DNA of 64,000 nucleotides, from contig NC_081357.1 in assembly GCF_030684315.1 (NCBI RefSeq), positions 39,189,786 through 39,253,785 on the forward strand. Reading direction: 5' to 3'. Of the stretch, positions 37,500 through 50,833 are shown one piece after another (position 1 is the stretch's first letter; each line of letters opens with the position of its first letter). Source of the stretch: Stegostoma tigrinum (Eukaryota). Position numbers and translations under genes: made by a program. The notes beneath the pieces were generated by a model. That model was not told the DNA's origin and ran no database searches. It saw only the letters and a list, made by a program, of their open reading frames with translations.

Positions 37500-38760
37500 T
37501 TCAATGAATAGTGACTAGTGTTAGGTCACAACATACTAGTATACCTGCAATTACTAGCCCTGCAGTGTTTGTGATGTAGACCATCTGTGACATCCAGTCA
37601 GATGGCTTGTACTTGCCATCCAGCACTCGATCCTGCATGATGAACTGGTGAACTGTTAAATGCCGAAAGATTTACATTTGTAGGTTTTGTCATGTCAGTG
37701 GGTAATTCACAAAGGCAGTATATTAGTGCTGGCCCCTTTTGTCAATCTTCACCAATATAATAAGTAATTATCAGCTTTCTGAGAACAGGTCATTTCATTT
37801 GTAAACACTTTAGATGGAATGATGATGTTAATGTTTTCCATGAGGTTGGCAGTGTGAAACATATGTTCATTATTTATGTCTCATGGTAAGATTCTAACTT
37901 GTTGGGCACTTCATGCATATACCATTTGCCTCTGGCAGGATATCACGAATGGTTTTTACTGTAGCTTGAATATACTCCTTGTGAGAGCAATCTGCTTGGG
38001 TCGGTGCATGGCCCTTTGCTACATCAAACTTTGTTCTTGTGCACTGTCTGTGCTAATGGCCTTTTCTACCACATGGAATCTTAGAAACACTTGCAAAATT
38101 GATTGAAAGCCACACATTTTCCTGGTCCATACAGATTGGCACACCTTATACATGTCTTGCTATGTTTGGATGTTCTAGTGATTTGCCATTTGTTGAATTT
38201 GTAGTTAGGACCTGTAAATCTCATCAACTTGGGAGGATTGATTCATTCTTATGTCCATCCCTCAGTGGCCCTGCAATGCTGTAAGTCTTTAGTTTGTCTA
38301 GCAAATTATTTAGAAATACATCCTTAGGGACTGGTGCAATCACCGGCTTAACAATTCCGTTTATGAGCACCTCCATCTGAAAAACCACATTGTGAGCCCT
38401 TTTATTCATACCTGCACATCAAGTTGGAAATGGATTACATGGGTTTCTGTCTTAATGACATGAATTCTGTTTGATGAAAGTTTAACCTGATTCCAATTTG
38501 GTCTTCAAATAATAATCTATGTCTTTTGGGACTCATTCCGCTTTCCAGATGTTAATCCTAAAATGTTAAATCTGTGTAGACCTCTTCCCCATTACTTAGC
38601 ATATCTTAATGGCTTGCTTTTCTACTTCAGCACATTGGAATCTAGAAACCAAGCTTTGAACACAATTTTGAATTCTGTTAGAATGTCTGCTGTGTCCCAA
38701 TTTAAACTAGGAGATTAGCATGATTAACACAATGTTTTAGACTGCTGTTCAGAACATCAT
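37500..38760 (-). mobile_element. Degenerate Gypsy-like gag-protease remnant
   Basis: Manual - strand reading: KQAIKIC..LHRFNILGL, FMSLRQKP, a zinc-knuckle-like CGRKGH*HRQC (~38040-38075), and a frameshifted protease site VKID/GASTNILPL (~37710-37755). Confidence 0.55.
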
Positions 38761-40523
38761 GTTGATAATAGTGGTTTAATTGCTTATGAGGGATTGATTA
38801 TCTCCCTTTAGTTATATTAGCCTATCTAAAACAGTAAAACATATTCCCAGTTATGAAGCAAATAGTACAGCAAACCAACTGATTTCTGTGATACACGCAT
38901 CTTGTAAAGCCATAACAGAATAAATGGCAAGCATAGTCACAACATTGTAAAAATTGAGTCCTTAAAGATGAATGCTCTTAAAGACATGGTACACGTACAT
39001 CACAGTTTGCTGCACAGTGCCATTGATTCTGTCTGAGGTTACCAGGCAAGCCTGAAGCCGCCACGCTCTGCCTCCCAGCCCCTTGCCAAATACCTCTGTG
39101 AGTTACGTTGCCTTACAATATGGAAAAGTGCCAAACAGATCAATAAGGATCCAGGTTTGATCCCTGGTTTGTGCTGAGTTAGCTAATCTGCCACAATGGA
39201 TCTCAGAACTCCTGGACTGAGGTGGGATTGGGGGGAAGATGGTAGTGGATTGTGAGGCATTAGATTTAGTCAGGTACCGTCTCTTGCTCTCCATCAACGA
39301 GGAAAAGAGAGGACTATGGACACTAAGTGAAGACAGGACTATGCTCCACATTGATAAAACACCTGCAGTCCCTGGATAGCTTTAAATATTAAGAGGGAGA
39401 CTGCTTGTTAAAGAACGTTGAAATGTCAGCATTCAATAACCAAGAGTTATGAGTGGATTATATTAGATTTAAAAACTAACTACAGTGTACGGTAGACTTT
39501 TTGTAGTTCGAATGCCTTCAAATTGAACCTAAAATTAACACTGAGTACTAACATCACTGACATTGTGAGATAAGTTCTGATGCTGCCCAATTCCCTTTTA
39601 TGAGATCACTACTGGGAAAGTATGGCATTAATTCCCCATTTGAATAATTCAATTCAAATCGTAAGTCAATTCAGTGTTGTACTTTTACTATTGCAGAACT
39701 GCATTACCAATTATTCAAACCACTTTTATCTGCCATTATTGTGTGAAATGTTACCCCAGAAATGATCAAAAATCATCAACTCTGTAAGGTAGCCAAAGGC
39801 ACACAAACGTTAAAGGTTTGCAAAAATGGCAATTGTCATGTTTTGTGTTTCCCTATTTTATTTACAGAATGTTAGTTTTACCATGTAATTAGTTGGAATC
39901 ACTATCAATGGATCTTGACTTGATGAAAACTTAAAATAAAACATGAATCAAATTTTCACTCTCTTTCCACATTATGACCTGAACGTTCGAAATATACTAT
40001 AACGCAAATAAGCTATCACACCTTAAGCTCCAATTAAACTATTCCTTTGAAATAAAACACACAAAAAGAGAGGATTTACCTTGTAACAGCTGACAGCACA
40101 ATCTTCTCCAGATTAACTCCTCTCTCAAGTTAATTATATAGACTGTAAAATGATTTTCTCTGTACATCAAGCAAACTGGAAGTGCTCAATACGTTCTGTT
40201 TCACTGCATATTGAAAGTGATTTCTGTTTGTTCTTCCCTCATTGTGATCTCAGCAGATGTAACCTGAGCTTGCACAGTTCCAGTTTGCCTGGATCCAATC
40301 CTTCAAACTGGAACCACCCATAGCTACCATGGTTTCTGTTTTTTGAAACATTGAACTACACAAGCAATAGATTCAGTCACACACGATAGACACCTTTCAA
40401 AAAAAAACTAGTTCAACTAATTCAGAGATAATGAGAACTGCAGATGCTAGAGAATCCAAGATAATAAAGTGTGAAGGTGGATGAACACAGCAGACCAAGC
40501 AGCATCTCAGGAGCACAAAAGCT

Positions 40524-40661
40524 GACGTTTCGGGCCTAGACCCTTCATCAGAGAGGGCGGAGAATCCAAGATAATAAAGTGTGAAGCTGGATGAACACAA
40601 CAGGCCAAGCAGCATCTCAGGGGCACAAAAGCTGACATTTCGGGCCTAGACCCTTCATCAG
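40524..40661 (-). ncRNA. Tandem pair of minimal hammerhead motifs (40524-40551, 40634-40661)
   Basis: The - strand has ctgatga-agggtctaggccc-gaaa-(c/t)gtc twice, 110 nt apart. Confidence 0.75.
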
Positions 40662-40873
40662 AGAGGGGGATGGGGGTGAGGGTTCTGGAATAAATAAGGA
40701 GAGGGGGGAGGCGGACCAAAGATGGAGAGAAAAGAAGATAGCTGGAGAGGTGGGGAGGGGATAGGTCAGTCCAGGGAAGATGGACAGGTCAAGGAGGTGG
40801 GATGAGGTTAGTAGGTAGGAGATGGAGGTGCGGCTTGGGGTGGGCGGAGGGGATGGGTGAGAGGAAGAACAGG

Positions 40874-41344
40874 TTAGGGAGGCAGAGACAGGCTGGACTG
40901 GTTTTGGGATGCAGTGGGTGCAGGGGAAGAGCTGGGCTGGTTGTGTGGTGCAGTGGGGGGAGGGGACGAACTGGGCTGGTTTTGGGATGCGGTGGGGGAA
41001 GGGGAGATTTTGAAGGAGGTGAAGTCCACATTGATACCATTGGGCTGCTGGGTTCCCAAGTGGAATATGAGTTGCTGTTCCTGCAACCTTCGGGTGGCAT
41101 CATTGTGGCACTGCAGGTGGCCCATGAGGGACATATCATCTAAAGAATGGGAGGGGGAGTGGAAATGGTTTGCGACTGGGAGGTGCAGTTGTTTATTGCG
41201 ATCCGAGCGGAGGTGTTCCGCAAAGCGGTCCCCAAGCCTCCGCTTGGTTTCCCCAATGTAGAGGAAGCCACACCGGGTACAATGGATGCAGTCTACCACA
41301 TTGGCAGATGTGCAGGTGAACCTCTGCTTAATATGGAAAGTCAT
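40874..41344 (-). pseudogene. Penelope-like GIY-YIG endonuclease domain (C-terminal fragment of the element ORF)
   Basis: FTCTSANVVDCIHCTRCGFLYIGETKRRLGDRFAEH..PVANHF..EQQLIFHLGTQQPNGINVDF. Confidence 0.88.
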
Positions 41345-44300
41345 CTTGGGGCCTGGGATAGGAGTGTGGGAGGAGGTGTGGGGGCAAGTGTAGCATTTCC
41401 TGTGGTTGCAGGGTCTTAGGCCCGAAACGTCAGCTTTTGTGGTCCTGAGATGCTGCTTGGCCTGCTGTGTTCATCCAGCTTCACACTTTATTATCTTAGT
41501 TCAACTAATTATTCTCCTGAAGATCTAATGTTGTCTCCCAATATTGATGACTCTTCCACTATTTTACGAAGCATCTGTTTTATTAAATGGGAATTATTCC
41601 AGCAGCTTTTGTTCCTGCTGCAATACCGCGAACCTTAGTAACTGTCCAGCTTGACGTATCTGTCTTGTGACAAGCAGCCCTCAAGTAAACCATGGTGTGA
41701 GGTATAAGGGCACATCTCAAGGTTACAGCACCCATCTTGAGAGCTATCTAGCCAGAAGGTGCTTCCTGCTTTCAAGCTCAGTGGGAAAATAACTTTAACA
41801 ACGACCTACCTTCTGGTGATGACTAGAGATCTGGTGTAAACAATGATGGACTGAATGACCTCCTGCTGTGCTGTAATGATGCTGCAATCCTGTGATTGCC
41901 ACCATCCCAACAACAGCTAACTGAAGCACGCCTGGCCCAATTCAGCACCAACAAGTCTTGACAACAAGTTCATGAGCAGTTATTAGGTCCTTTCTTAGCA
42001 GACAAGGGTTCAACATCAGTTGACCTTAGCTTGACCTCAGCTGGCCATGACAGCTGGAAATTGTGCATGGTCAGTATAGCTTTGGATTTACTTCAGGTGT
42101 CTTTGAGATGAGTGGCAATGTGAAATTTGTCATCCAGTCTCTATCCTTAAATGAACTAATGTTGTAACCCTCAGGCCATTAAAGCTGTTTGCAATGTTGT
42201 CTTCTGGCATGGTCCATTGGATAGTGATGAATTGTGAAAGCCAGCTTTGGTTTATTTGTATCCCAAAACAAGTGGCTATGTTGACCACCTAAGATAAGAT
42301 CAGCTAACTCAATAATTAAATTTGTGAATTTCTTAGTTTACATGGCTCAGCGTAAGCTCAGTTAAAGTATTTACCAATGATAGAGCTGTCAAGGAAAGCC
42401 ATATACGTATTTATTGAACAAAAATTTGAGTCAGTTCATATCTTAGCCTTTAATGATCTCAGTTTACAAGAATGAGTATGTCGCTCTTCTCTACTTACTT
42501 ATGAGAGTCTCTTTTCTATCCACTTGGTAAATAGAAAATAGGGTCAGAAGTAGGGTATGCAGCCCTTTAAAGCTGCCCTATCATTCAAGAAAATCACAAC
42601 TTGACCTTCTCTTTCATTTACTCAGATTTTATCCAGAAGATAGTAACTGGTCTTATTAACAGACACCAAGGATGGATGACCAAATCATCCATAAAAGAAT
42701 AAAGCCATAGCGCACAGAGCTGTGGGCCAAGTGCTGGAAATGGATTTAGTATAAGTAGATGAATGATGATCAGTGTGGATGTGATGGGTTGAATGGCCTC
42801 TTTCTATACTTTAAAAACTCTATGACACAAACAAATGCATGGCAGTGCCTGCTGGTCTGGGTGCATACCTGAGAATGGTACTTAGAGTCTGTCACACTGG
42901 TAAGGCTGAGCTCCTGATCTTGATGACAAAACTGTCACTGACATTCCATGGCAGAGTGTACTTCTAGCTTTTAGCCTCCCTCTGATTGTCATTTCGAGTA
43001 AAGTCAAAGTTAAGCTCCTTTATGACCTGCTTATTGTTTCACTAAGAATGCTTTAAAAAAAATTTATGATGCTGTTCACTTAGTGACCAGAATCCTTACG
43101 TTATGGTGCTGGATAAGAGTAATTACAATTATGATTTCAGTGAATGGCAAGTCTTTTCTGCATTAGATCACTCCTGGGAAGTATAAATCTCTAAGTTAAT
43201 CATTGTTACACACTCAGAGACAGGAGGCATTTTATTTCTTTATCATAGCAGCACAAATACTAGAAGAAGCGAATTTGATTGGAAGAAAGTAGAGGTCCTA
43301 TGGGACTTGTCAATCATTGGGCCACTTCATAAGTTCAGTAGTTCATGTTATTTGTGGTACACAGATCATGAGCTGACGGCAGACTCAATATCTATAACTA
43401 CAGTATGAAGATTACTGTACTTTAAATAGTTTACATGGGCAATTTTTTAAATAATTAATTCATTAACAAAATCAACTAGCTTAATTGGTAACAGACATAT
43501 GCAATGGATAAAGGTTCTCAGTTCCACTATATAAAATGGAAATATAAAAAGACAAAACTTCTTTTCATTGGCCCAATGACTCAAACGGGGTAATTCCCTT
43601 AGGCCAGCATTATTGACCACTTTAGGTGGGGTCCTTACTTTCTACCTGAAATTACCATTGAAATATAAAGTATCTCAAAAGTATGAGCAACAAATGAAGC
43701 TGTTACTATTCAGGAGCAACATTAACAGTTTGCTACTAACGGAATACTGCTGTCATACTAAAAAGACATGTCATTGAACATTATAAATTAATCCCACGGT
43801 CATGAAACATGAGAAATATAAAGCAAGCACCGCCTCAATTTGCAATCACATTCTAGCCTGCACAAGATCCAGTAGCTGTTCTCCTTTCATACTTTGGACT
43901 ACAAAATGCCTACACATTTATCCTCTATACAGTGCTATCTTTCTTGGGTGAAATGTGGGGTGATGGAGGGAAAGAAGTTCTCATTTTTGCTGCCACTCCT
44001 TCTGCATGTGTGCCAAGCAACTTGTGCCACGTACTACTGAATCAGGTCTACAATGTAAAAGGTCTATGTAAAGGCCTTCCATTGACCTCCTTGTTGGGGT
44101 GTCCATGTGCCAATGTTTGTGGGGCTGCGTGCTGTGACTGCTGAGTGATCAAATTATGAAGGATCTGCTTTATTTCTGATATTGCCCATAAAGACACTTT
44201 GGAACCATTCCCAATAGATCCAGGCACAGAAGTTGTTATTGTCTCTGTGTTTGCCATGCTATGAGCATCCACAGGAATTTGTAAGGAACACATACACCTG

Positions 44301-44989
44301 GAAACTCAGGACCAGCAGCAACATCCAGTGGATATGGAGCTGTCTCCACATGCAGATTTTTCAGCCAAAGATGCCCTCACGATGCGGCAAAAGTGCAGGA
44401 GATCCAGTCATTCATCTTTCATGAAATGACATGGAGATGGGAGAAGGACAGTGATGCTTTTCTCTGTGTAGAGTTAGGGGTCAGACCACAATGGCATGAT
44501 GCCCAGTGTATCTACAATGCAACTATATCTTCCCATGGAACCAATGAGGGCCATAAAATGTCTCCTCAATATCAGATTTCAATGCACTCCATGTCTGGTG
44601 GTTCAATACATTACAAAGCAGACAGAGTGTGCTGCTTATTTTTTGGATGGCTCGTTTCAGACAAGTGGAGGATACCGCAAGAGTATGTGACAGGATGCAA
44701 TGAAAATCCATTCTTCAGAAGGTGCACGATCTTCACCATCCTACAGCTCATTGCCCACAGCCACCCAGGCTGGGCAAATTTGCCATTCACTTACAATGGA
44801 ACTGAGTCACAGGAAGTTATCTTTCATGAACTGCAAATGCTCTGGTACTGCTGAGGCCAACAAACTCTGTTTAATCTCAACTGCAAATGGAATTTCATCT
44901 TTTTTTTTCTGTTTCATAATTAACGTTAAGATTACAAACTATTTGAAGCCTTCATACGATCTGATGCTCCCTCAATGTATTATTGAATA

Positions 44990-47115
44990 AGAAAGGATGC
45001 AGAAAAGACTTACTAAGATGCTACCCAGACTGGAAAGTAAGAGTTATAGGGAGAGGTTCGGTAGGCTGGGACTTTATTTCCTGGTATGCAGGAGACTGAG
45101 CGGTGACCTTATAGAGGTCTTAAAATCATGAGAGGCATAGATAAAGGAGATAGCCAACCACTGTTCCCCCTGGTAGGGAAGTCAAAAACTAGAAGGCATT
45201 GGTTTAGGTAAGAGGAGCGAGATACAAAAGGGTCCAGAGGGGCAATTTTTTCACACAGAGGGTGGTGACTGCCTGAAATGGGCTGCCAGAGGTAGTGGTG
45301 GAAGCGAGTACAATGTATTCATTTAAGAAACATTTCGACAGGTACATGGATAGGATAGGTATAGAGGAATATGGACAACACACAGGCAAATGGGACTAGT
45401 TTAAATTGTGAAAACTAAGAGGCAATGTCAACAGAGAACATAGAACATAGATCTGTACAGCACAGTATAGGCCCTTCAGCCCACAATGTTGTGCTGAAAT
45501 TTTATCCTAAACCTAAGGTCTATCTAACCTCCACCCCTACCTATACTATCATCCATATGCCTATCTAATAGCTGCTTAAATGCCGCTAATGAGGCCGACT
45601 CCATCACCCTCTCCGGCAATGCATTCCACGCCTCTACCACTATCTGAGGAAAGAACATACCTCTGACGTCTCCAAAGTGGCCTCTCCTCATGTTGGTTTA
45701 TCTACATACTGTGTCAGGAATCCTTCCTGAATGCACTGGACAAAATCTGTTCCATCTAAACTATTACAACTAACAAGTTTCCAATCAATATTTGGAAAGT
45801 TGAAGTCATCCCTGACTACAACCCTGTGAATTTTGCATCTTTCCGGTATTTGCCTCCCAATCCGCTCCTCAACTTCTCTACAACTATTTGGGGGGTCTGT
45901 AAAAAAAACCCCAACAAAGTGACTGCTCCTTTCTTGTTCCTGACCTCAACCCAAACTGACTCTGTTGACATCATTGTCGAACTGCCTTTCAGTAGCTGCT
46001 ATAATAGCCCAGACTAGCAATGCCACTCTGCTGCCTCTTTTACCACCCCTCCCTATTTATTTTAAAACATCTAAATCCCAGAGTTTCCAACAACCATTCC
46101 TGCCCCTGATTTACACAAGTTTCTGTAATGGCCACAACATCGTAGTTCCAAGTACTGATCCATGCTGTTAAGTTCATCTGCCTTGTTTCTGATACTTCTA
46201 GCATTGAAGTACACGCACTTCAAACCATCCCTGTGTCCATAATCTCACTCCATTGACCACATTTCTTTATAAACAACCTCACTCCCTCTTGTGTCTGTTG
46301 GAAGGCTAAATACCTCATCCTCTAAATTACACGTCTGGGTCCCCACCCCCTGCCAATCTATTTTAACAGGGGGATCGAGTTTAAGAGCCGCGAGGTTATT
46401 CTGCAGCTTTACAAAACCCAGGTGAGACCACACTTCGAATATTGTGTCCAGTTCTGGTTGGCCTATTATAGGAAAGATGTGGAGGCTTTGGAGAGGGTGC
46501 AATGGAGATTTACCAGGATGCTGCCTGGACTGGAGGGCTTGTCTTACGAGGAGAGGTTGATTGAGCTCGGACTTTTCTATCTGGAGAGAAGGAGGGAGAG
46601 AGGTAACCTGATTGAGGTGTACAAGGTAATGAGAGGCATTGATAGAGTCGATAGCCAGAGACTTTTCCCCAGGGCAGGATTGACTGCCACAAGGGGTCAT
46701 AGTTTTAAGGTGTTGGGAGGAAGGTATAGAGGAGACGTCAGAGGGAGGTTCTTCACCCAGAGAGTTGTGAGCGCATGGAATAGTTTGCCAGTGGAAGTCG
46801 TGGAAGCGGAGTCATTAGTGACATTTAAGCGACTGCTGGACATGCACATGGACAGCAGCGATTTGAGGGGAATGTAGTTTAGGTTATTTTATTTTTGGAT
46901 TAGGATTATTCCACGGCACAACATCGTGGGCTGAAGGGCCTGTACTGTGCTGTACTTTTCTATGTTTAAACCATCTTGTACAGCTCGAGCAAACCTCCCT
47001 CCCAGGATATTTATGCCATTCCGGTTCAGGTGCAACCTATCCTTCCTGTACAGGTCAAGTTGGGCCAAAGGACCTGTTTCCATGCTGCAGACCTCCATGA
47101 CTCTGTGACTCTATT
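44990..47115. mobile_element. Three nested CR1 LINE pieces: + host (44990-45430, resuming 47057-47115), - insert (45433-47056, RT deleted) and + insert (46368-46966)
   Basis: The host 3' UTR is split. The - insert joins its 3' end directly to the endonuclease and ORF1 (DRLHLN) regions. The innermost copy has ORF 46422-46877, RPHFEYCVQFW..ERVQWRFTRMLPGL. Confidence 0.8.
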
Positions 47116-47489
47116 CAATCATGGCAAAATTTAATAGAATCATACAGGAATCTGAGGGTGTTTGTCCACAGCTCCCCAAAGGTGGCAGGACAGGTAAATG
47201 AGATCAGTAATTAGTTATATGGGATGCGTGTTTTTAATCAGTCACAGCACAGATTGTAAGAGCAGGGAGATTTAATTGGAGTTATACCAAAGCCTGATTA
47301 GACCACAGCTGAAGTACTGCGTCCAGTTCAGGTCACTACATTAGAGGAAGAGTGTGATTGCACTGGAGGGGATTTAAATTCAAAAAATGAACTGAAGTCA
47401 ACACTCCCCTGCTCCCAACAAGGATTTATAATTAAGGGCTTTGATGGCTATACAATCAACACTGTACTACAAACACCTATCTGCAAACT

Positions 47490-48197
47490 ATATTTTTTTA
47501 TTTGAAAAAATATACTTTATTCATAAGATGTACAAAAACAAACATATTTATACACCTACCCAGTCATGCAAGCCGCTCCGGGTTACCCAGGGGGTACGTA
47601 CACCAACTAAAGGGAAAAAAAACAAACAAAGAAGAAAAAAAAAACAAAGAAGAAAAAAAAACAAAGCAAAGAAAATACCCCGGCAGTCGTCACCCCGCAC
47701 AGTCCCTGTTGGCCCCCTGACCAGTTGGGGAAGGCGCCAGCTGGGCCCAGGTACCAGATAGGGCCCTTTTTCCTATTCTGGACGAGGGGTTTCATACTGT
47801 GGTCTTTCCCCACCGCGCCTTGGCGGCGGCTGACCCAAGCTTTAGCGCGTCCCTCAGCACATAGTCCTGGACCTTGGAGTGCGCCAGTCTGCAACACTCG
47901 GTCAGGATCAGTTCTTTCAGCTGGCAGACCAGCAAGTTGCGGGCAGACCAAAGAGCGTCTTTCACCGCATTGATGGTCCTCCAGGCGCAGTTGATGTTGG
48001 TCTCGGTGTGCGTCCCAGGAAACAGCCCGTAGAGCACGGAGTCCCGCGTCACGGAGCTGCTCGGGACGAACCTCGACAAATACCACTGCATCCCCCTCCT
48101 GACCTCCTGCGCATAGGCACACTCCAGAAGGAGGTGATCGACAGTCTCGTCCCCCCCCCGCAGCCACCTCGAGGGCAGCGTGCGGTGGTGCAGAGAT
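47490..48197 (-). mobile_element. Tx1/L1-clade non-LTR retrotransposon 3' end
   Basis: The - strand reads CPRGGCGGDETVDHLLLEC (CCHC knuckle), then INAVKDALWSARNLLV..RWGKTTV. A-rich tail. 15-bp TSD acctatctgcaaact (47475-47489, 48198-48212). Confidence 0.85.
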
Positions 48198-48212
48198 ACC
48201 TATCTGCAAACT

Positions 48213-48400
48213 TTTATTTTATTTGAAAAAAATATACTTTATTCGTAAGATGTACAAAAAATAAAACATATTTACGCACCTACCCAGTCATGCAAGCCGT
48301 TCCGGGTTACCCAGGGGGTACATACACCAACTAAAGGAAAAAAAACAAAGAAGGAAAAAAAAACAAAGCAAAGAAAATACCCCGGACCAGATCAGGGCCC
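48213..48400 (-). mobile_element. Second, shorter copy of the same Tx1-like 3' UTR
   Basis: Highly similar to 47490-47685. Confidence 0.8.
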
Positions 48401-49249
48401 ATGGCTGAGATTGGGTACCTCCCAAAATTCCAAGAACACAAGCAGCAAGCCAGTCTGTATGGTTCAGTATCATATCCTATTCCATATTCATCTATTGAAG
48501 AAGCTATATTTTAGAAATTCCTCAACTGATCGACTGGAGCTCCCAGTAAAGGGAATTTATGACCAAACGTTTGATTGTTGAATAAAGTAATTAAAAATGA
48601 CACATTCAGTGGTTTGGGAATTTTGACGTTAGGCAGAACGTGGATGCACAAAATGGCATTTGTGGGATGACATTGCTAACTTTATTAATCGTTATGTATG
48701 TTTTTTTTCTGTTTATACCTTTTCAATTACAATTTACATTTCCTAACTATGTATTATTGTGCATTTTGAGTCATTCTTACTGATTCATCCTTTTTTTTAT
48801 TTGATTGGTGCCTTGAATGTTGTTTTAATTGTACTCTGTAGTCAAAACTGAATTTAATATTATACCTTAGTGCTGACATTCGTTGAACTAAACTGAATAA
48901 ATGAGTTTGAAAGATAAAATATCAGTGCAGTCTTATGGCAAATGGATCCAGGAATGTTCCTCCCTTTCGCCAGAACAAAGTGACTCATCCAGGAGAGGTC
49001 TAACCTGAAATTGCCTCTCACTTACTCCCACATCACAGTAACACACAAACATTTACTTTATAGATCATTTCATTCTCTGCAACTAGATGTATAACAATAG
49101 AAAAGAAGTTAGTAGTCAAACACAATAATTGTTTGACAGCTTCTCAATCAGCCTTTAAGCTACAGGCTTCTTGTGACCTAATACAAATATGGTAAGAATG
49201 TAATTCTCAGTGCTGAGGAATGCAATAAATTTCTACGGTATTCCCAGCA

Positions 49250-50065
49250 GTGAGGTGTTGGAATGTGTCATTAAGAATGCTATTAAGCAGCACTTGCTTA
49301 GCAATAACCTGCTCACTGACCCCTAGTTTGGATTCTGCCAGGACCACTCAGCTCCTGATCTCATTACAGCTTTGTTCCAAACATGGACAAAAGAGTGAGT
49401 GCCTATAACATCAATGTAGAATTGACTGAGTGCATCAAGATGCCTTAGCAAAACTAGAGTCAATGGGTATTGGGGGAAAACTTTCTGTTGGTTGGAGTAA
49501 CATTGAACACGAAGAGAAGATGGGTGTGGTTATTGGAAGTGAGAAATCGCAGCTCCAGGACTTTTCTGCAGGAGTTCCTCATGATAATATCCCAGGCTCA
49601 TTCATCCTTAGCTGCTTCAACAATGACCTTCCCTCCATCATAAGGTCAGAGGTGGGGATGGTCATTGACAACCGCACAGGGTTCAGCATCAGTCCCGATT
49701 CCTCAGACACTAAAGTAGTCAATTTCCAAATGCAGCAAGACCTGGGCATTATCCACATTGGGGCTGACAAGTGGAAATAGCATTCTTGATGCATAAATGA
49801 CAGTCAATGACCTCTCCAACAAGACAGGATCTAGCCACAGCTCTTGACATTCAATGGCATTACCATCACTGACTCCCCACTTACAAGATCTTGGGGAGTT
49901 GCAGTTGATCAGAAACTGAACTGGATTAGCTATATAAACACAGTGGATACAAAAGCAAATCAGAGGCTAGGAATACTGCAGTGGAGAACTCACCTCCTGC
50001 CTCCCCTTAACTTCTGCACCACCTTACAGTGTAAAGGGATACTCTCTACTTGCCTGGATAGGTGT
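49250..50065 (+). mobile_element. Old L2/CR1-group LINE RT remnant
   Basis: AGVPHDNIPG..CFNNDLPSIIRSEVGM..MQQDL..ADKW and GVAVDQKLNWISYIN..ANQRLGIL. Confidence 0.75.
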
Positions 50066-50833
50066 ATCTTCAGGCAGTCTTCCGGGTTTGGAGCAAGTAT
50101 GGAAAATTTTGATAGAACAGGGGAGAAAGTTTGAACTGTTGCAGTGAGCTCAGATGCTGTCTTGCCAAGTTAGTATGAGTTATGACAGTCTGAGGTAGGG
50201 AGGTTGGATCCTGGTGGCCTTAGAAAAAATCATGAAGCACAGAGAGAGGAAGCTGTATGACAGAAGAAAGATTAATATCTGCTCAAGTAGTTCATGATAG
50301 AAAAATCATCAAACATAATTGTAAATGGTGAAGCTGCAAGTGCCAAGGTTAACCAAGGCCTGGGTAAAGTTAATAGAGAAATGGTCGTGCAGGACAGTTG
50401 GGAGGTCATGAGTGGAGGGTCAAGATTTTTATATTTTGACAAATCACCTGGCCTGCCACTTGTCCATGCAGAATAACGTCTTTTCCACGAGTTTGATGTC
50501 TTCCCCACCTTCTTCAGTTAACCATAGACGGTGAGTCTCACTTTATAATTTTACTTTACTGTAGGAATACAAATATTCCACGTATTCTGAAATGTTTCCG
50601 TAGTTGTTTGCATTTAGGTCTCTATTGATCTTTCCCCACCCTTGAATGTCAGTTTAATTAAGCTAGCTCAGCATTCATATAGTTGCCCATATTTAAGTGT
50701 AAAATACTAATATTAGAGCCAATCTTCTCTCTTCAAATGATATGTAAAATGCAGCCATATTGAGGTTGCTGCTAGCAGGAGTCTAAGGCCATTAGTTAAT
50801 TTAATCATCTTACAGAATACCAAGTCAAATATA

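Larger units (their letters stand above)
40423..41496 (-). mobile_element. 5'-truncated Penelope-like retroelement (family A): GIY-YIG endonuclease end, two tandem 3' pseudo-LTRs and an inverted 5' pseudo-LTR
   Basis: Tandem repeats at 40423-40555 and 40560-40665, an inverted copy at 41411-41496, and a 14-bp TSD tagttcaactaatt (40409-40422, 41497-41510). Confidence 0.9.

Noticed and set aside
44393-44854. 153-aa + strand ORF as a host exon
   Set aside because: No recognisable domain, a non-ATG start and no convincing splice sites.
47607-48209. 200-aa - strand ORF ending in poly-Phe
   Set aside because: Off-frame reading of the Tx1-like element and its T-rich 3' UTR.
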